This document shows positions 1 through 10,300 of a stretch of 64,000 nt of DNA, one piece after another. A program made the translations under genes and the position numbers. Each line of letters begins with the position of its first letter. The stretch's first letter is position 1. The notes beneath the pieces were generated by a model. It was not told where the DNA came from, did no database searches, and worked only from the letters and a program-made list of their open reading frames with translations. Source of the DNA: Patescibacteria group bacterium (GTDB lineage Bacteria > Patescibacteriota > Patescibacteriia > Magasanikbacterales > GWA2-37-8); assembly GCA_041649475.1 (NCBI GenBank), contig JBAZNA010000001.1, positions 611,308 to 675,307 of the forward strand, read 5' to 3'.

Positions 1-1461
1 ACCCAGATTGAAAAAATCCCGCCGCAAAGCATAGAAGCGGAGTCCTCTCTCTTGGGCTCTATTTTATTGGATAAAGACGCAATGCTTAAAATCGCCGACA
101 TTGTTCAACCGGATGATTTCTACAAAAACAGCAACGGACAAATTTATGAGGCCATTTTGGAACTGTACCAAAAAAACGAACCGATTGATTTGTTAACCGT
201 GAGTAACCGTTTGGCTGAAAGAGGCCAGCTAGAAAGCGCCGGCGGCTACAGTTATCTGGTTTCTTTAACCAATTCGGTGCCAACCTCTTCCCATGCCGTC
301 AATTACGCGCATATCATCCATAAAAAAGCCACCCGGCGCCGGATGCTCTCCGCGGCCCAGGAAATCGGCCGGCTCGGTTATGATGAAGAAGAAGAACTGG
401 AGACCTTGCTTGACCAGGCCCAGAGACAGTTGTTTGGTGTTTCCCAAAACTACATGAAGCAAACATTTTCACCAATTCGCGGCGTCTTGGCCGAGGCCTT
501 TGACCGCATTGATGAACTTCATAAAAATAAAGGGCAATTACGCGGATTGCCGACCGGATTTGGTGACCTGGATAATTTGCTGGCCGGCTTGCAAAAATCT
601 GACTTAGTAATTTTAGCCGCTCGCCCCAGCGTCGGAAAAACTTCTTTGGCTTTGGACATTGTACGCAACGTGGCTGTTAAAAGAAAAACACCGGTCGGAT
701 TATTTTCTCTGGAAATGAGCAAGGAACAATTGGTTGACCGCTTGCTTTGTTCAGAGGCCAATGTTGACTTGTGGAAAATGCGTACCGGCCGTTTGAGTGA
801 GCGCCCGGAAGACGACGATTTTCCGCGCATCGGCCACGCCATGGGCGTACTCTCCGAAGCGCCGATTTTTATAGACGACTCCCCCAATATAAATATAATG
901 CAGATCAGAACCAAAGCCCGCCGTTTGCAAATGGAGCACGGACTGGGATTGATTGTGATTGATTATTTACAACTAATGGAATCAAGAGGCGGCGTGGAAA
1001 ACCGCGTGCAGGAAGTGGCGGAAATCACCCGCGGATTAAAGGGTATTGCCAGAGAATTGAACATCCCGGTTTTGGCTCTATCACAATTGTCGCGCAGTGT
1101 GGAAATGAGTAAGCCGGCAATTCCAAAGTTGGCGCATTTACGAGAATCAGGATCAATTGAACAAGATGCGGACGTGGTTTTGTTTATTTACCGCAAATCC
1201 GCTGACCGGGGCTACCGCATGGAAGATATTTCTCCGGATGAAAGATTTGTAGCGGAAATTCATATTGCCAAACACCGCAACGGTCCGACCGGTTTGGTGA
1301 AAATGATTTTTGACGAACCGCGGGCGTCGTTTAGAAATATGACCACGCAGTATAATTCCGGCAGTGCGCCCCAGCAACAAAATCCGGCTCCGCAACCGCA
1401 GGTATTAAAACCAAAATCGGCGTTTATACAAAATACCAATCCGGAATTACCTCCGGTATAA
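1..1461 (+). CDS. dnaB: Replicative DNA helicase (5'-partial; frame is open from base 1: TQIEKIPPQSIEAESSLLG...)
   Basis: PPQSIEAE N-terminus, Walker A AARPSVGKT, IDYLQLM, LSQLSR, LRESGSIEQDAD, IAKHRNGPTG; P/Q-rich C-terminal tail. Confidence 0.98.
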   Translation, partial: TQIEKIPPQSIEAESSLLGSILLDKDAMLKIADIVQPDDFYKNSNGQIYEAILELYQKNEPIDLLTVSNRLAERGQLESAGGYSYLVSLTNSVPTSSHAVNYAHIIHKKATRRRMLSAAQEIGRLGYDEEEELETLLDQAQRQLFGVSQNYMKQTFSPIRGVLAEAFDRIDELHKNKGQLRGLPTGFGDLDNLLAGLQKSDLVILAARPSVGKTSLALDIVRNVAVKRKTPVGLFSLEMSKEQLVDRLLCSEANVDLWKMRTGRLSERPEDDDFPRIGHAMGVLSEAPIFIDDSPNINIMQIRTKARRLQMEHGLGLIVIDYLQLMESRGGVENRVQEVAEITRGLKGIARELNIPVLALSQLSRSVEMSKPAIPKLAHLRESGSIEQDADVVLFIYRKSADRGYRMEDISPDERFVAEIHIAKHRNGPTGLVKMIFDEPRASFRNMTTQYNSGSAPQQQNPAPQPQVLKPKSAFIQNTNPELPPV

Positions 1462-1471
1462 ATTTAAACAT

Positions 1472-1765
1472 ATGTCAATGTTTTCAAAATTAAAACAGTT
1501 TAAAGACATGCGCGATCAGGGTAAAAAACTGCAGGGCGCACTCTCCGGCGAATCAGTGACCACACAAAGCGGCGGCGTGGCCGTAACCTTAGACGGCAAT
1601 ATGCAGATGACCGGCATTGCTATAGACGACGAATTGCTAAATCCCGCCAGAAAAGAAAAACTGCAGAACTCAATTAAAGACGCTTACGGCGACGCTCTCA
1701 AAAAAATCCAAAGAATCATGGCTAATAAAATGCAGGCCATGGGCGGATTTCCAGGATTAAAATAA
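1472..1765 (+). CDS. YbaB/EbfC family nucleoid-associated protein
   Basis: 97 aa, GGVAVTLDG..MTGIAIDDELL pattern, directly upstream of recR (conserved synteny). Confidence 0.85.
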   Translation: MSMFSKLKQFKDMRDQGKKLQGALSGESVTTQSGGVAVTLDGNMQMTGIAIDDELLNPARKEKLQNSIKDAYGDALKKIQRIMANKMQAMGGFPGLK

Positions 1766-1787
1766 CTGCCGGCGCGGACGCGGTTTT

Positions 1788-2390
1788 ATGTACTCCAAAT
1801 CCATAAATAATTTGATTGAGGCCTTCAGACAACTGCCTTCGGTCGGCCAGCGCACTGCCGAAAGGTTTGTTTTTCATTTATTAAAATCCGGTAAAAAAGA
1901 AGTGGGCGAACTTACCCTGGCTTTAAAAGATTTAATTGATAATATTAAGAGTTGTGAAGTGTGCTGGGATTTCAGCGACGAAAATCCCTGCCGGATTTGC
2001 GCCAACAAAAACCGCGAGCAGGATATAATGTGCGTGGTCGCTGACCCGCAGGATGTTCCGGTGATTGAACGCACCAATGCTTTTGCCGGGTTATACCATG
2101 TTTTGCGCGGAGTGATTGAACCGGGCGATGAAGACGGTCTGGATAAATTAAAAATCAAGGAATTATTCGGGCGAATAAAAGCTCAAAAAAATCTGAAGGA
2201 AATCATTCTGGCGTTGAACCCTGATTTGTCCGGCGAAACCACCATGCTCTATTTGGACAAAGAAATTAAAAAAATAAATCCAAAAATAAAAATCTCCCGC
2301 CCGGCGCGCGGTTTACCTATGGGAAGCGACTTGCAATACGCTGATGAAATAACCTTAGGAAGCGCGTTGAAAAATAGAACGGTGAAATAA
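1788..2390 (+). CDS. recR: Recombination mediator RecR
   Basis: LPSVGQRTAER HhH, CEVC..CRIC zinc finger, Toprim domain, ARGLPMGSDLQYADEITL. Confidence 0.97.
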   Translation: MYSKSINNLIEAFRQLPSVGQRTAERFVFHLLKSGKKEVGELTLALKDLIDNIKSCEVCWDFSDENPCRICANKNREQDIMCVVADPQDVPVIERTNAFAGLYHVLRGVIEPGDEDGLDKLKIKELFGRIKAQKNLKEIILALNPDLSGETTMLYLDKEIKKINPKIKISRPARGLPMGSDLQYADEITLGSALKNRTVK

Positions 2391-2415
2391 AAAAGACCCC
2401 ATGTGGGGTCTTTTT
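2390..2415. terminator. Bidirectional intrinsic terminator between convergent recR and rplU
   Basis: AAAAAGACCCCA-TG-TGGGGTCTTTTT inverted repeat with an A-tract and a T-tract flanking. Confidence 0.85.
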
Positions 2416-2418
2416 AGT

Positions 2419-2724
2419 TTACATTATCTTCACTTGGCTATATCTCTGTCTTTGTCCGTGCGCTTTATGGTATCGCACTTTGCGTTTGAATTTCTGCACC
2501 AAGAGTGTTCGGTTTTTGCCTTGTTTTTCCAAAGTCGCTTTAACTGTAACACCTGACAGATACGGCGCGCCGATTTGGACATCACCGCCGTCGTCATTGG
2601 CAGTAAGCAAAACCTCATCAAACACAACCTTCTCCCCTTCTGCCTGGGGCAACTTTTCTATTTTTAAAACTTCACCGGTTTTAACCAAGTATTGTTTTCC
2701 ACCGGTTGCAATTACTGCGTACAT
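2419..2724 (-). CDS. rplU: 50S ribosomal protein L21
   Basis: MYAVIATGGKQYLV... and GQRQRYSQVKI signature. Confidence 0.97.
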   Translation of the reverse strand: MYAVIATGGKQYLVKTGEVLKIEKLPQAEGEKVVFDEVLLTANDDGGDVQIGAPYLSGVTVKATLEKQGKNRTLLVQKFKRKVRYHKAHGQRQRYSQVKIM

Positions 2725-2771
2725 ATATGAAAATATTATCTTAAATTGTGTGGCCTAGTATATATGAAAAC

Positions 2772-3242
2772 CTAAATTTTGTCAAACACCACCTCATCCC
2801 CTATTTTTATCCCGGTTTTATCCATAAATCCGGCCGGAAGCTCCAAAACCATGTTTGACGGCTGGCTGGAGAAAAACGGAGTCAGCTGGGCCTCGGTTTT
2901 ACCCGGTTCGGTCTGGATATTTGGCGCAATCTCAACAATTTTATTGCCATTTAACCAGACAATATCCAAAGGAAATCTCATATCCCTCATAACCATGGTG
3001 TGCTGACCAAAATCCGGAAAAACAAACAGCATGCCACCGTAGTTGCCCATATCTTTTTTATTACTCCAGCCCTCCACCTGGTGCGCCGGGGTGTTGGCAA
3101 CCAAAACCTTCAAAACCTCACCGCCGATTTTAACATTCGCTTTCGGCCACATAGATTGATATATCTTAAAAACTATCGCAATTACCAGTATAACCGCAAA
3201 GAAAATTAAATGCCATTTTTTAAGAGGTTTTGATTGTGACAT
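2772..3242 (-). CDS. DUF192 domain-containing protein with N-terminal membrane anchor
   Basis: GMLFVF, MRDMRFPLDIVWL, VLELPAG motifs. Confidence 0.9.
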   Translation of the reverse strand: MSQSKPLKKWHLIFFAVILVIAIVFKIYQSMWPKANVKIGGEVLKVLVANTPAHQVEGWSNKKDMGNYGGMLFVFPDFGQHTMVMRDMRFPLDIVWLNGNKIVEIAPNIQTEPGKTEAQLTPFFSSQPSNMVLELPAGFMDKTGIKIGDEVVFDKI

Positions 3243-4227
3243 ACGCCATTAATAATACCAAAAATACCAAAGCAAACAACTTTTGCTGGCTTTGAAACAA
3301 TAAAGTGGTAATGCCAAATATAAATGCTAGAGCATACATTAACAGCACGGATTGTTTATGACTCCAGCCGGCGTCCATCAGCCGAAAATGCAAATGCTCA
3401 CGATCACCTTTAAAAATTGATTGCTTGCGGCGGATGCGCGCTACAGCCACTCTGATTAAATCCAAAATCGGTATAGCCATAACCAGTAATGCAGTGGCCA
3501 CTTTACCGCCGGAAATGATTGCCAAAATTCCCAAAATAAAACCGATAAACAAACTGCCACCTTCGCCTAAAAATATTTTAGCCGGATTAAAATTAAAAAT
3601 TAAAAACCCCAGACAACTGCCGGCAAAAATGATCGCCAGCAAGCCGACATTGGGCTGAAAAAATGTCTTGGTATTTGTTAAAAAGAAAATCATCAAAGCG
3701 CCGATAAAAACTATGCCTGTGGATAAGCCGTCTAGCCCGTCTAAAATTTTTGTCGTATACATCATGCCCATCAGCCACAAAAAAGCAAAAATACCGCCGA
3801 CTATCAAACCAAAATTAATAATGCCGCCGAATGGGTTGGTAATTTTTTCCAAGCCCACTCCGCCGATGACAGCCACTAGCGCCGCCAAGGCAGTAATCAG
3901 TAACCGAAACTGCGGACTTAATTGTTTGGCATCATCAACCGCGCCCATGATAATTAAAATCAAACCGGCAGCCGCGATCCAAATCAATTTATTTTTAAAA
4001 ATTTCAATGCCGTAAATCGGGTTTAATAATAAAAACCCAACCACCAAAGAAAAAGAAATAAAAATGGCCACACCCCCCAAAAGCGGAGTTGGCCCAAAAT
4101 GTTTTTTTCGCTGTTGATCCGGCACATCCACAATTTGAAAACGCAAAGCCAATCGCCTGACGACGATGGTAAACAAAATTGATGACGCTAACGCGGCTAA
4201 AAAATATATCAAGTAAGTATAAAACAT
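3220..4227 (-). CDS. MraY/WecA-family (Glycos_transf_4) undecaprenyl-phosphate sugar-1-phosphate transferase
   Basis: RKKHFGPTPLLGG, GAVDD, LDGLDGL, FNFNPAKIFLGEGG, DREHLHFRL; polytopic membrane protein. Confidence 0.92.
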   Translation of the reverse strand: MFYTYLIYFLAALASSILFTIVVRRLALRFQIVDVPDQQRKKHFGPTPLLGGVAIFISFSLVVGFLLLNPIYGIEIFKNKLIWIAAAGLILIIMGAVDDAKQLSPQFRLLITALAALVAVIGGVGLEKITNPFGGIINFGLIVGGIFAFLWLMGMMYTTKILDGLDGLSTGIVFIGALMIFFLTNTKTFFQPNVGLLAIIFAGSCLGFLIFNFNPAKIFLGEGGSLFIGFILGILAIISGGKVATALLVMAIPILDLIRVAVARIRRKQSIFKGDREHLHFRLMDAGWSHKQSVLLMYALAFIFGITTLLFQSQQKLFALVFLVLLMAYVTIKTS

Positions 4228-4229
4228 AA

Positions 4230-6899
4230 CTATTCCACGCGAATATTCCCGCCTTCGCCAATGACTACAGTATCTCTCCTTTTCAGTTTTCCGGCAAGCA
4301 ATAAATCAGCCAGCTTGTTTTCCACTCTCTCCTGTAAAACACGGCGCATGGGCCTGGCGCCAAACTCCGGATCAAAACCGGCTTCGGCCAAATAACTGAT
4401 GGCCCCATCTTCAACTTTCATTTGCACGCCTTTGACTTCCAATTCTTTAACAATTCTCTGTAACATCAATCCGGCCACTTTCTGTATCGCTTCTTTATCC
4501 AGCGGTTTGAATAATATTATGCCGTCAAAACGATTTAAAAATTCCGGCCGGAAATATTGTTTTAATTCCCCGTGCAACAATCTTTCTTTTATCGCTTCCT
4601 GTGATAAACCGGCGCGCATTTGTTCTGACACATAACTTGTGCCGGCATTGGAGGTGGCAATCAAAATTATATTGGTAAAATCAACCGCCCGGCCGGTGCT
4701 GTCTGACAGGCGCCCGTCATCCATCACCTGTAAAAACAAATTTAAAATATCCGGGTCGGCTTTTTCAATTTCATCTAAAAGCAAAAGCGCAAACGGATGG
4801 CGGCGCACTGATTCCGTCAAAATACCGCTGCCTTTTTGTCCGGCCGCGCCGATAAGCCGCGACAGACCGGATTTTTCCTGGTATTCACTCATATCCAAAC
4901 GGATCATGCGATCTTCGCCGCCAAAATATACTTCGGCAATGGTTTTTGCCAGTTCGGTTTTGCCGACGCCGGTGGGGCCGAGAAATAAAAAGTTGGCGAT
5001 TGGTCTTTTGGCGGAACGGATTTCGGCGCGGGCGCGGCGCAAAGAACTGGCCACCGCATCAACGCCTTCGTCCTGGCCGATTACCCGCTTGTGCATTTCT
5101 GCTTCCAGATTTAATAACTTGGTTGACTCGTCACTTGATACAGTGGTAAGCGGGATTTTTGTTTTTTCCGCAATCACGGCCGCCACTTCTTCTCCGGTCA
5201 CCAAAGTGTTGGCACCTTTTTTGTTATGAGCAAAACTGGCCGCTTCAGTCATTATCTCCAAGGCGCTGCCCGGCAGATATATTTCGTGGATAAATTTGGC
5301 GGAAAACTGCGCTGCCTTTTCAATCGCGTCATAAGAAAAGAAAACATTTTGTTTGTATTCCGCCTCCCCTACTTTTGATTCCAAAACCTGAATCGCTTGG
5401 TTGACATCCATCTCCGGCACATCAATTTTTGTAAACACGTTGCCCATAGTTGAATTGGCAATGTGTTTGGCAAAATCCTCATTAGTGGTGGTGGCAACGG
5501 TTAAAAACCGGCCGCTGGTTAAAAATTCCGCCAAAGTGTCGGCGACATCCAAACTACCCTCTTGCCCGCCGGCAGACACACCTATCAGTTCATGAATATT
5601 GTGGATAAACAAAATCACATTGCGGGCGCGAGAAATTTCATGCATAATATTTCGCAATCTATCAACCGCTCCGGCCGGGTCTGTACCACCCAACAATGCG
5701 GACACGCTTAAGCGCACCATGCGCTTGTCTTTGAGGCGATCCGGCACATCATCAGCCACCATGCTTTGAGCAACCCCTTCCACAATTGATCTTTTACCCA
5801 CGCCATGATCACCAACCAGCAAAACATTATGCTGACCGCCCTCAACCACCCGGTATATTTCTTCAATTTCTTTTACTCGCGCCACGCAGGGATTTAAATG
5901 TCCGAATTGCGCGAGTAAAGTTAAGTCGTCACTGAATTGATTTAAATAGGGAGTGGCCAAGGCGGTCATGGCTTTGTCCATGCCATATTTTGACCGATGC
6001 GACGCGGCCCGGGCAAATTTTACGTATTGGCGATGCAGTCGCTCCCGAATTCGCGCCCACTCAATCACATTGGCCAATTTTTGATTATTAATATCTAAAG
6101 CAAACATTATTTCCTGGATTTCCGGCGACTCTTTGACCGCGCAAATTAAAAGCTCGGTTACGCTCACATATTCCTGGTGAGCGTTATAGGCCTCTTCATA
6201 GGCCTGAAAAATTATTTGTTGGAAATCGGCCGACAGAACCGGCGCTGATTTGATTTTTTCTTCAGTTAATTCCAATTTACTGATTTGTTCTTCAAACACG
6301 CTGGCCGGAATGCCCAAACGGATAAAAATATTGCCGATGCGATTAAATTTTAACAGGGCCAAAAACAAATCAATCGGCCCGACTTCTTTTTTCCCGTATT
6401 TATCCGCCAATTTATACGCACTACCCAGGGCAGACATGGCCTCGGCAGTAAAGGTCTCAGTAATATTCAATCGTTTTTTCCACGGCACGCGCTTGATCTG
6501 GTCCCAGACATTTATATTTAAGCCCTCATCTTTTTCCGGCTGTTTATCAAACTCATACTCAAATCTTTCCACCATGCCCGTAAATTCGCCTTGTTTAATA
6601 ACGCGATACCATAAATACAATAATCCGATGACGCCGAGATAAAATAAATATGAAAAAACCATTTGCCCGGATTTATACACTCCAAATCCGACCCAGATCC
6701 AACAAGTTAGAGTAAAAACCAAAGCCGTAATCACCCGGATTTTATTAAGTATTCGCCTGCCTCTTTGTAAAGCAATGTTATAACGCGTGAGCGGATAATT
6801 CCAATACAGCCATTTACTTCGTAAATAAACACCCATCCGCGTTTCAGCGCGCTTGTTATTGGTTAAAATATTCAGTGGTGGAGATTTTTGAAAATCCAT
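4230..6899 (-). CDS. Hsp100/Clp-family AAA+ ATPase with N-terminal transmembrane segments (start taken at MDFQKSPP)
   Basis: Clp-N-like repeats; D2 motifs GPTGVGKT, LLDEIEKA, FRPEFLNRFD, FGARPMRR; D1 degenerate. Confidence 0.88.
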   Translation of the reverse strand: MDFQKSPPLNILTNNKRAETRMGVYLRSKWLYWNYPLTRYNIALQRGRRILNKIRVITALVFTLTCWIWVGFGVYKSGQMVFSYLFYLGVIGLLYLWYRVIKQGEFTGMVERFEYEFDKQPEKDEGLNINVWDQIKRVPWKKRLNITETFTAEAMSALGSAYKLADKYGKKEVGPIDLFLALLKFNRIGNIFIRLGIPASVFEEQISKLELTEEKIKSAPVLSADFQQIIFQAYEEAYNAHQEYVSVTELLICAVKESPEIQEIMFALDINNQKLANVIEWARIRERLHRQYVKFARAASHRSKYGMDKAMTALATPYLNQFSDDLTLLAQFGHLNPCVARVKEIEEIYRVVEGGQHNVLLVGDHGVGKRSIVEGVAQSMVADDVPDRLKDKRMVRLSVSALLGGTDPAGAVDRLRNIMHEISRARNVILFIHNIHELIGVSAGGQEGSLDVADTLAEFLTSGRFLTVATTTNEDFAKHIANSTMGNVFTKIDVPEMDVNQAIQVLESKVGEAEYKQNVFFSYDAIEKAAQFSAKFIHEIYLPGSALEIMTEAASFAHNKKGANTLVTGEEVAAVIAEKTKIPLTTVSSDESTKLLNLEAEMHKRVIGQDEGVDAVASSLRRARAEIRSAKRPIANFLFLGPTGVGKTELAKTIAEVYFGGEDRMIRLDMSEYQEKSGLSRLIGAAGQKGSGILTESVRRHPFALLLLDEIEKADPDILNLFLQVMDDGRLSDSTGRAVDFTNIILIATSNAGTSYVSEQMRAGLSQEAIKERLLHGELKQYFRPEFLNRFDGIILFKPLDKEAIQKVAGLMLQRIVKELEVKGVQMKVEDGAISYLAEAGFDPEFGARPMRRVLQERVENKLADLLLAGKLKRRDTVVIGEGGNIRVE

Positions 6900-6906
6900 A
6901 TTCAGG

Positions 6907-7281
6907 TCAGGCGCCAAAAGGCAATTTAATAGAAAAAGGATGGAGAAAACCGTAGACAACAGCGAGCGGCAACGCCAGCCATACTAAAAATAAAAGCAAA
7001 CAAACCGCCAGCCAGAACATTAAACCGATGGTTCTGATAATTATTTGAAAAAACCGCATGATAAAACTGATGATTCTGCCCTGGATGTCATACTGGCCAA
7101 ACATTGGCACAAAAATATTGGCCAGCCACAAACCGGGCGCCAGATTTTGATTGCCGCTTCTAAATAAATTTAAACACCACTTGGCCGCGTGCAAAGTTCC
7201 TTTCGTATACCACCAAAGCGGAAAATAAAAAAAATCTAAAATTATTTCTAGAAAAAGCCTTTGAAAAACTATCAAAAACAT
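6907..7281 (-). CDS. Conserved hypothetical membrane protein upstream of the Clp ATPase
   Basis: Hydrophobic 124-aa ORF with YFPLWWY and NIFVPMFGQYD motifs, 7 bp from the Clp start. Confidence 0.75.
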   Translation of the reverse strand: MFLIVFQRLFLEIILDFFYFPLWWYTKGTLHAAKWCLNLFRSGNQNLAPGLWLANIFVPMFGQYDIQGRIISFIMRFFQIIIRTIGLMFWLAVCLLLFLVWLALPLAVVYGFLHPFSIKLPFGA

Positions 7282-7303
7282 ACAACAGTATTATACCACA
7301 CTT

Positions 7304-10300
7304 TTACCTCATCATCTCCACAATCTTCGCCCGGGTCTTCGGTCCGAAGATGCCGTAGCCGTAAATGGAGGGGCTGGTGATTTTGTATTTAAGCTGGAAT
7401 CTCTGCACGGCTTTTTTGGTGGCAGAATCGAAATAGCCGGTGATTTTAGCTTCCGGATAGATGGCTTTGTTCTGGGCGAGGATGGTTTGGAGGACTTTGA
7501 CGTCTGTGCCGGATGAACCCAGTTGCAGGCTTCTGGTAAAAAGGTACTTGGGTGAGGAGGTGGGCAGTTGGTAAGTTTTGGTGAGATAGCCTCTGGTTAT
7601 GGTATCAAACCGGCCAATGGTGGTGGAAGCGATAGTGTTGGCGGTTTGATAGTTCTTTACTGCATTTTTGGTTAAAGGGCCATAGTAACCGGTTTTCAGC
7701 TTCTGGGGATAGATGCCGGGTATTTCAGAGAGGATGTTTTGCAATATTTTGACATCATAGCCGATGTTTCCGACATAGAGATTTCTGCCAAAGACGGTGG
7801 ATAAGATAAGCTTGGAGAGATCAGATAAAACCGAGGTAACTACAGTGATTGGGGTGGAGGTGGTGGTTGTGAGATTGGTGTTGCTGTTATTGTTGTTTTG
7901 CTGATTGGTTGAAGTGGAAAAAAGGTTAAACAAAGTGGAGGTGGAGAGGGAGGAAGTGGAGAGAACAGCCCCCGACCCCGACGAAATTGGAAACACCACG
8001 CTGGGACCGCCGCCGCCGTTTTTATGAATAGTGACCGGAATAGAGACAATGGCGATGCCTTCATAACCGGAGTCAGAGCTGGAAGCGGTGTTAGAGATAG
8101 TGACATTGTGATTGCCGGTAAAGGTACTGCCATTGGCGGCCATGGTGACGGTTTGAGCTGTATACCAGGTGGTGGAGGTGAAGGTTAAGGTGGAGGGATA
8201 AAAGACCATCTGGGTGCTGGTGGGAGCGGAGACAGTGATAATGACACTAGCAGAGGGCTGTGCGGCCAAAACAATGCTGAAGGTGTCGGTCATGCCGTCT
8301 TCCCAGACATTGGTGCTGGCTTTCTGGGAGACGGTGACGCCGGCGCCGGTGGTGTGGGTGTTGAGGAGGATGGATAGAGAACCGGTGAAATCTACCACAG
8401 CCAGATCGGGTTTAGAATCTTTATTAAGATCATCAGCAGTCACCCAATATACCTGACCGCCTATGGCATACGTTGTGGCTGAACCAAAGGTGCCGTTGCC
8501 TAAACCTAAAAGAACAGAAACAGAGCCATTCCCGCCGCTTCCTATATTGGCCACAGCTAAATCTTCATTACCGTCTTCATTAAAATCTTCCGAGGCTATA
8601 CCCGTCGGGGATGTGCCAACCGTATAATTTGTCGCCGAACCAAAGGTGCCATTGCCGTTGTTTAAAAGAATGGAAACGGTGGTACCAGGGTTTGAAGAAT
8701 CATAAAGAGTATTGTTATTGGCCACAGCTAAATCAAAGTAGCCGTCTCCATTAAAATCAGTTGTAGCCGTGTAAAATGGACCAGCACCAACAGTATAAGG
8801 TGTGGCCGCGCCAAAAGTGCCGTTGCCGTTGCCTAAAAGCACAGAGACGGTACTGCCCATACCACTAGGCGCAATCAAATCAATTTTACCATCAGAATTA
8901 AGATCAGCGGCTGAAACCGTAACAATTCCCATGCCAACCGTATAATTTGTCGCCGAACCAAAGGTGCCATTGCCGTTGTTTAATAAAACATAAACATCTG
9001 TACCTACGAAATCTCCTTCTATCAGATCGGATTTATTATCTCCATTAACATCAGCGGTAGTTACCCAAAGCCCCCCAGACGCAGCACCATAAGGAGTCAA
9101 ATCTCTGAATGTGCCGTCACCATTACCAAAAACAACAGAAACAGTCCCTGCCGTATAATTGGCAAAAGCCAAATCAAGGTGGCCGTCAGAATTAAAGTCA
9201 GAGACAGCCATACCACCGACATAAGTTTCCATGGGTACACTACCTAATGCGGAGAACGAGCCGTCACCATTGCCAAGGACAACAGTAAGGGTGCCTGTTA
9301 ATAAACTACCAACTACCAGATCTGTGTTTCCATCTTCATTAAAATCAGCGGCCACAGTATGAACAGGATATGAATCAACATCATAAGCAACCGGATCGGC
9401 AAATAAAGAACTTGAAAATAGTCCTCCCCTATTCCCAATTAAAATTGAATAACTGCTAGCAGAAGAATCTGCCACAACAATATCCGGCCAAAAATCTCCA
9501 CTGAAGTCAGTCGTTAATACAGTAAGGGGTTTGGTGCCAAGAGAATAGGCAGTGGAAGTGGCAAAGGTGCCAATACCGGTGCCAAAGAGAGTAGAGATGG
9601 TATTAGCGCTATAGTTGGAGGTGATAAGATCTCTTTTGCCGTCACCATTAAGGTCGTAATTGGTTATTGATCTGGGAGAGGCACCAACAGCGTAGGTGGT
9701 GTTTTGAAGGGTAAATGTTCCGGAACCTGAATTTAAAAGAATGGATACGGTATTAGAGGCGCTATTAGCAGTGACAATATCATATAAATTATCCGAATTG
9801 AAATCATAGGTAGTGATTGAGTAAGGAAAAGTTCCATCGCCAATATTGTAATTTACTGCCGCCGAAAAAGTGCCGGTAACAGAAGAATTTAAAAGAATAG
9901 AGACAGTACTGCTGCTAAAGTTGGCCACGGCCAAATCATTTTTATTGTCAGAATTAAAATCAGCGGAAATGATTGATATTGGCTTGCTGTTGACACTGTA
10001 GTTAGTGACTGATCCAAAAGTGCCGTTGCCAACTCCGAACAAGACAGAGACATTGTCTGAACCATAATTGGCGACGGCTAAATCGGTCTTGCCGTCAACA
10101 TTAAAGTCACCGGTAGTTACAGAATAGGGAGAAGAAGAAACAGTGTAATTAGTGGCTGTGCCAAAAGTGCCGTTACCGACACCGAGGAGAATGGAGATGT
10201 TATCACTGCCGCTATTGGCCACGGCCAAATCCAGATAACTATCACTATTAAAATATCCTAAAACAATGGCTTTGGGGCTGGTGCTGACATTGTAGTTAAC

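Noticed and set aside
8614-8983. Diversity-generating retroelement TR/VR pair
   Set aside because: The copies are identical with no adenine-specific differences, and there is no reverse transcriptase in the window
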